This document shows positions 35,102 through 37,539 of a stretch of 37,539 bases of DNA, in pieces. Within the stretch, counting starts at the first letter, position 1. Every line of letters starts with the position of its first letter. The DNA is taken from IMG/VR virus record IMGVR_UViG_3300016476_001028, positions 1 to 37,539 of that record. One strand, written 5' to 3'. Both the position numbers and the translations under genes were made by a program. A model generated the notes under the pieces. The model had not been told where the DNA came from. It did no database searches and was given only the letters and a program-made list of their open reading frames with translations. Source of the DNA: a virus (lineage: Duplodnaviria > Caudoviricetes).

Positions 35102-36157
35102 ATGGGCGGTGTCGGCGATTGGATTTCTGAGCAGTTGGGATCAAAGAATCAATTTCAAAGTAAAGCCACAGATGTCGAGCGCGATGATTATTATTGGGGC
35201 GGAGATAGAAAAAAAGCGGACGAGGAAATCGCCGCCGCGCGTCAACGCCAAGGCGAGCGCATCGACAATGCAGGCGCGGACCAGTATGCCAACCTCGGCA
35301 TGCAATCTCGCCAAGGCGCGGCAGAAGTCGCCGGCGCCATGCGCGAACGAGCGCTGGGCCTCGGCCAGTCAATTGCGCAGATGCAGGCAGATCGCCAAAT
35401 GCAGCAAGCCACGGCCGCGCAAGCCGCTCAAAGTGCAAGCGCTCGAGGCGGAGCTGGGCTAGCGCTGGCTCAGCAAAACGCAGCAAACAACATAGCAAAC
35501 GCCCAAGGCGCTATTAGCAATCAGGCGCAGATCAACGCCGCGCAGGAACGCATGGCGGCTGAATCCGCGGCAATGGGCGCTTTCGGACAACTGCGGGCGG
35601 GCGACATGGCATCACAACAGCAAGCCGCGCAACAGGCTTTATCGCAAGCGCAATTGAACCAGCAACAGCGCGGCATGAACGATCAGGCGTGGCTGAACAT
35701 TCGGAATGCGCAGATGCAAGGCGGAGCACAATACAACCAACAACGCGCGAGCAACCAGCACGGAGCCGACGCGATCAACGCGGGCGTCGCTACTGGGAAT
35801 GCTCAAACAGCCCAGGCCAACACGATGGGAGTTCTACAAAGCGTCGCAGACCTGGCAATGGGGGGATCCGCGAAAAAAAAGGAAAAGGGCGGCCCCGTCA
35901 CTTCCGGAACGCCGTATATCGTCGGCGAACGTGGTCCGGAACTTATCATCCCCCGTGAGCCTGGGACCGTGATACCAGCTGAACAGACGCGCGAGATTAT
36001 GTCGAGCCCGCTTGCTCGCATGTCGGGGCCTGCGATGCGTACGCCCTTAGCTGCGGACAAGGACCCAGCGACGGCCCGGACACTTTCGGATGAAGAACTG
36101 CAGGCGCGAGCGCGGGCAATCATCGAAGGCTTCCGCGCAGGCATGGGGGAACGATGA
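35102..36157 (+). CDS. Putative internal virion / ejection protein (351 aa)
   Basis: AGGAGG RBS; Gln/Ala/Asn-rich helices; C-terminal GGPV..G.PYIVGERGPEL motif. Confidence 0.65.
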   Translation: MGGVGDWISEQLGSKNQFQSKATDVERDDYYWGGDRKKADEEIAAARQRQGERIDNAGADQYANLGMQSRQGAAEVAGAMRERALGLGQSIAQMQADRQMQQATAAQAAQSASARGGAGLALAQQNAANNIANAQGAISNQAQINAAQERMAAESAAMGAFGQLRAGDMASQQQAAQQALSQAQLNQQQRGMNDQAWLNIRNAQMQGGAQYNQQRASNQHGADAINAGVATGNAQTAQANTMGVLQSVADLAMGGSAKKKEKGGPVTSGTPYIVGERGPELIIPREPGTVIPAEQTREIMSSPLARMSGPAMRTPLAADKDPATARTLSDEELQARARAIIEGFRAGMGER

Positions 36158-37539
36158 AGCCGAATTACATCAAAGCCGTTGTCGAAGCCATGAAACGGCA
36201 GCGCGTGCCCATGCGTGAGGACGGTGGGCAGGTGCAAGGGATAAAGGTCCTTGGCCCCGTGGACGCGCCCAGCCAGCCATCACCGTTTTTGTCGCCTGGA
36301 ATGGCTCTCGACGTCCTCACTGGGCAGCCCGTGAAAAGAGACCTGGCCGCAGAAACAGCGGCAGAGATTGCGAAGCCGTCCGCCGGAACGCAGATCACTT
36401 ACGCGGCGCCGCCTGCCCAGCCGAGCGAAGAGGCCACACCAACACCGCAAGAAGAGCCAATGATCACCATGGTGAGCCCGGGCGGCTCATCTCCTTCGAA
36501 GTGGGTCGAACGCGTTAGCCCTCAAGCGAAGGAGGCCTATAAAAAGGCGTTCGAAGCTCAAGAGGCAACGATTCGGAAGAATGCCGGAGACAAAGAGAGT
36601 GCGGCGCTCCAAGAGCGCGATCAGGCGGGGCGTGCTAGTCAAGAGATGCGCGATAGGTCGGCGCAGGAAGAGGCGCGCGCAAACGCCGTTCAAAAAGAGG
36701 CGGAACAAAAAATCGAGACTGAGCGTGCGCGCATTGATGAAATTTCCAAAGAGAACGCGGCCGACAGTTACGACAAAGATCGTTTTTGGTCTGATATGTC
36801 CACCCCTCGCAAAATTGGCTTGTCACTAAGTACGTTTTTGAGTGGCTTCGTATCTGGCGCCACCGGTAAGCCGAACAGAACTTTGGAATACCTGGAAAAG
36901 TTGGTTGATCAAGACATCAAACAACAGCAGGACGCGCTCAACGCTCGCAGGGCCATGCGCGGCGAAAAGATCGCATCGGCCAAGACAGCAATCGAGCTAG
37001 CACAGCGTCAGTTCCCCACCGCCGAGGCGCAACGGTCGGCGGCGAAGGCTAGCGCGATGGAAGCGATTAAGATGGACCTCACGAGGCAGCTCGCCAACAC
37101 GCGCAGCGTCGAGGAACGCGCCAAGGGTGAGGAGATGCTTGCAGCACTCGAGGGGAAGCGCGCCGAGTACGTCAACCAAACGATGCAATTTATGCAGGGA
37201 TCAAGCTCTCCGGCGCTTTACCGCGTAAAAGGCAAGGTTGGCCTTTACACGGGGCAGCAAGTCGATCAACAGGTCCAGAAAGACAAAGAACTTCTCTTGC
37301 AATATGGCGACAAGTCGAACGAAACCGCACGGAAGGACCGCGAAGAAGCGCGAAAAGACCGCGAGGAAGCGCGCCAAGAATCGGCGGCAGATGTTGTCAT
37401 GCCCGGCGGTGAAACGCTCAAAATTTACGACACGGGCTCAAGAGACAAATTGCGGGAAACTGTGGCCCTTACGAACGACCTGATTGAATCGGCCGAGAGA
37501 ATCAAAGAAATCATTGGGAACAGCCCCACGATAGACCCT
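36154..37539 (+). CDS. Putative ejection protein, 5' part (462 codons, no stop; absent from the ORF track)
   Basis: Hand translation from ATG 36154 (MKPNYIKAVVEAMKRQ...GNSPTIDP) has no stop. Coiled-coil with one hydrophobic stretch (IGLSLSTFLSGFVSG). 558 aa if joined to 1..291. Confidence 0.85.
   Translation, partial: MKPNYIKAVVEAMKRQRVPMREDGGQVQGIKVLGPVDAPSQPSPFLSPGMALDVLTGQPVKRDLAAETAAEIAKPSAGTQITYAAPPAQPSEEATPTPQEEPMITMVSPGGSSPSKWVERVSPQAKEAYKKAFEAQEATIRKNAGDKESAALQERDQAGRASQEMRDRSAQEEARANAVQKEAEQKIETERARIDEISKENAADSYDKDRFWSDMSTPRKIGLSLSTFLSGFVSGATGKPNRTLEYLEKLVDQDIKQQQDALNARRAMRGEKIASAKTAIELAQRQFPTAEAQRSAAKASAMEAIKMDLTRQLANTRSVEERAKGEEMLAALEGKRAEYVNQTMQFMQGSSSPALYRVKGKVGLYTGQQVDQQVQKDKELLLQYGDKSNETARKDREEARKDREEARQESAADVVMPGGETLKIYDTGSRDKLRETVALTNDLIESAERIKEIIGNSPTIDP

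Larger units (their letters stand above)
1..37539. mobile_element. Complete circularly permuted temperate phage genome (Caudoviricetes, podovirus-type tail)
   Basis: Terminase, portal, capsid, adaptor/nozzle, ejection, lysis, integrase, repressor, recombination and replication modules are all present. No host genes. The reading frame is continuous across the 37539/1 junction. Confidence 0.9.

Overview
The window reads as a complete, circularly permuted 37,539-bp temperate tailed-phage genome with a podovirus-type (short-tail) gene layout. An ORF starting at 36154 has no stop before the right edge and continues in frame into 1..291. The + strand arm runs about 33.4 kb, from 17689 round to 13565. 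It carries xis/int, a putative attP, an SLT-like gene, a replication initiator with an internal iteron origin, a DnaC-like loader, a RusA-like resolvase and a GNAT-like gene. These are followed by terminase, portal, scaffold, capsid, adaptor, nozzle, a second GNAT, three ejection proteins, a fibre, lysis genes, a six-gene adhesin-like block and a GH24 endolysin. The - strand arm is about 4 kb (17605 to 13632) and carries a repressor, RecT-like annealase, Cas4-like exonuclease, an HTH protein and two tandem paralogues built from 23-aa LHREDGPA repeats. The most notable oddities are: the recombining repeat-gene pair; an integrase missing two canonical catalytic residues; attP placed between int and the replication genes; two apparently leaderless leftward genes; candidate -1 frameshifts; and a block of paralogous adhesin-like genes splitting the lysis cassette. 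All product calls come from motifs and gene order read by eye; no searches were run and the host cannot be determined (probably diderm). I saw no tRNA, rRNA, CRISPR array or reverse transcriptase.
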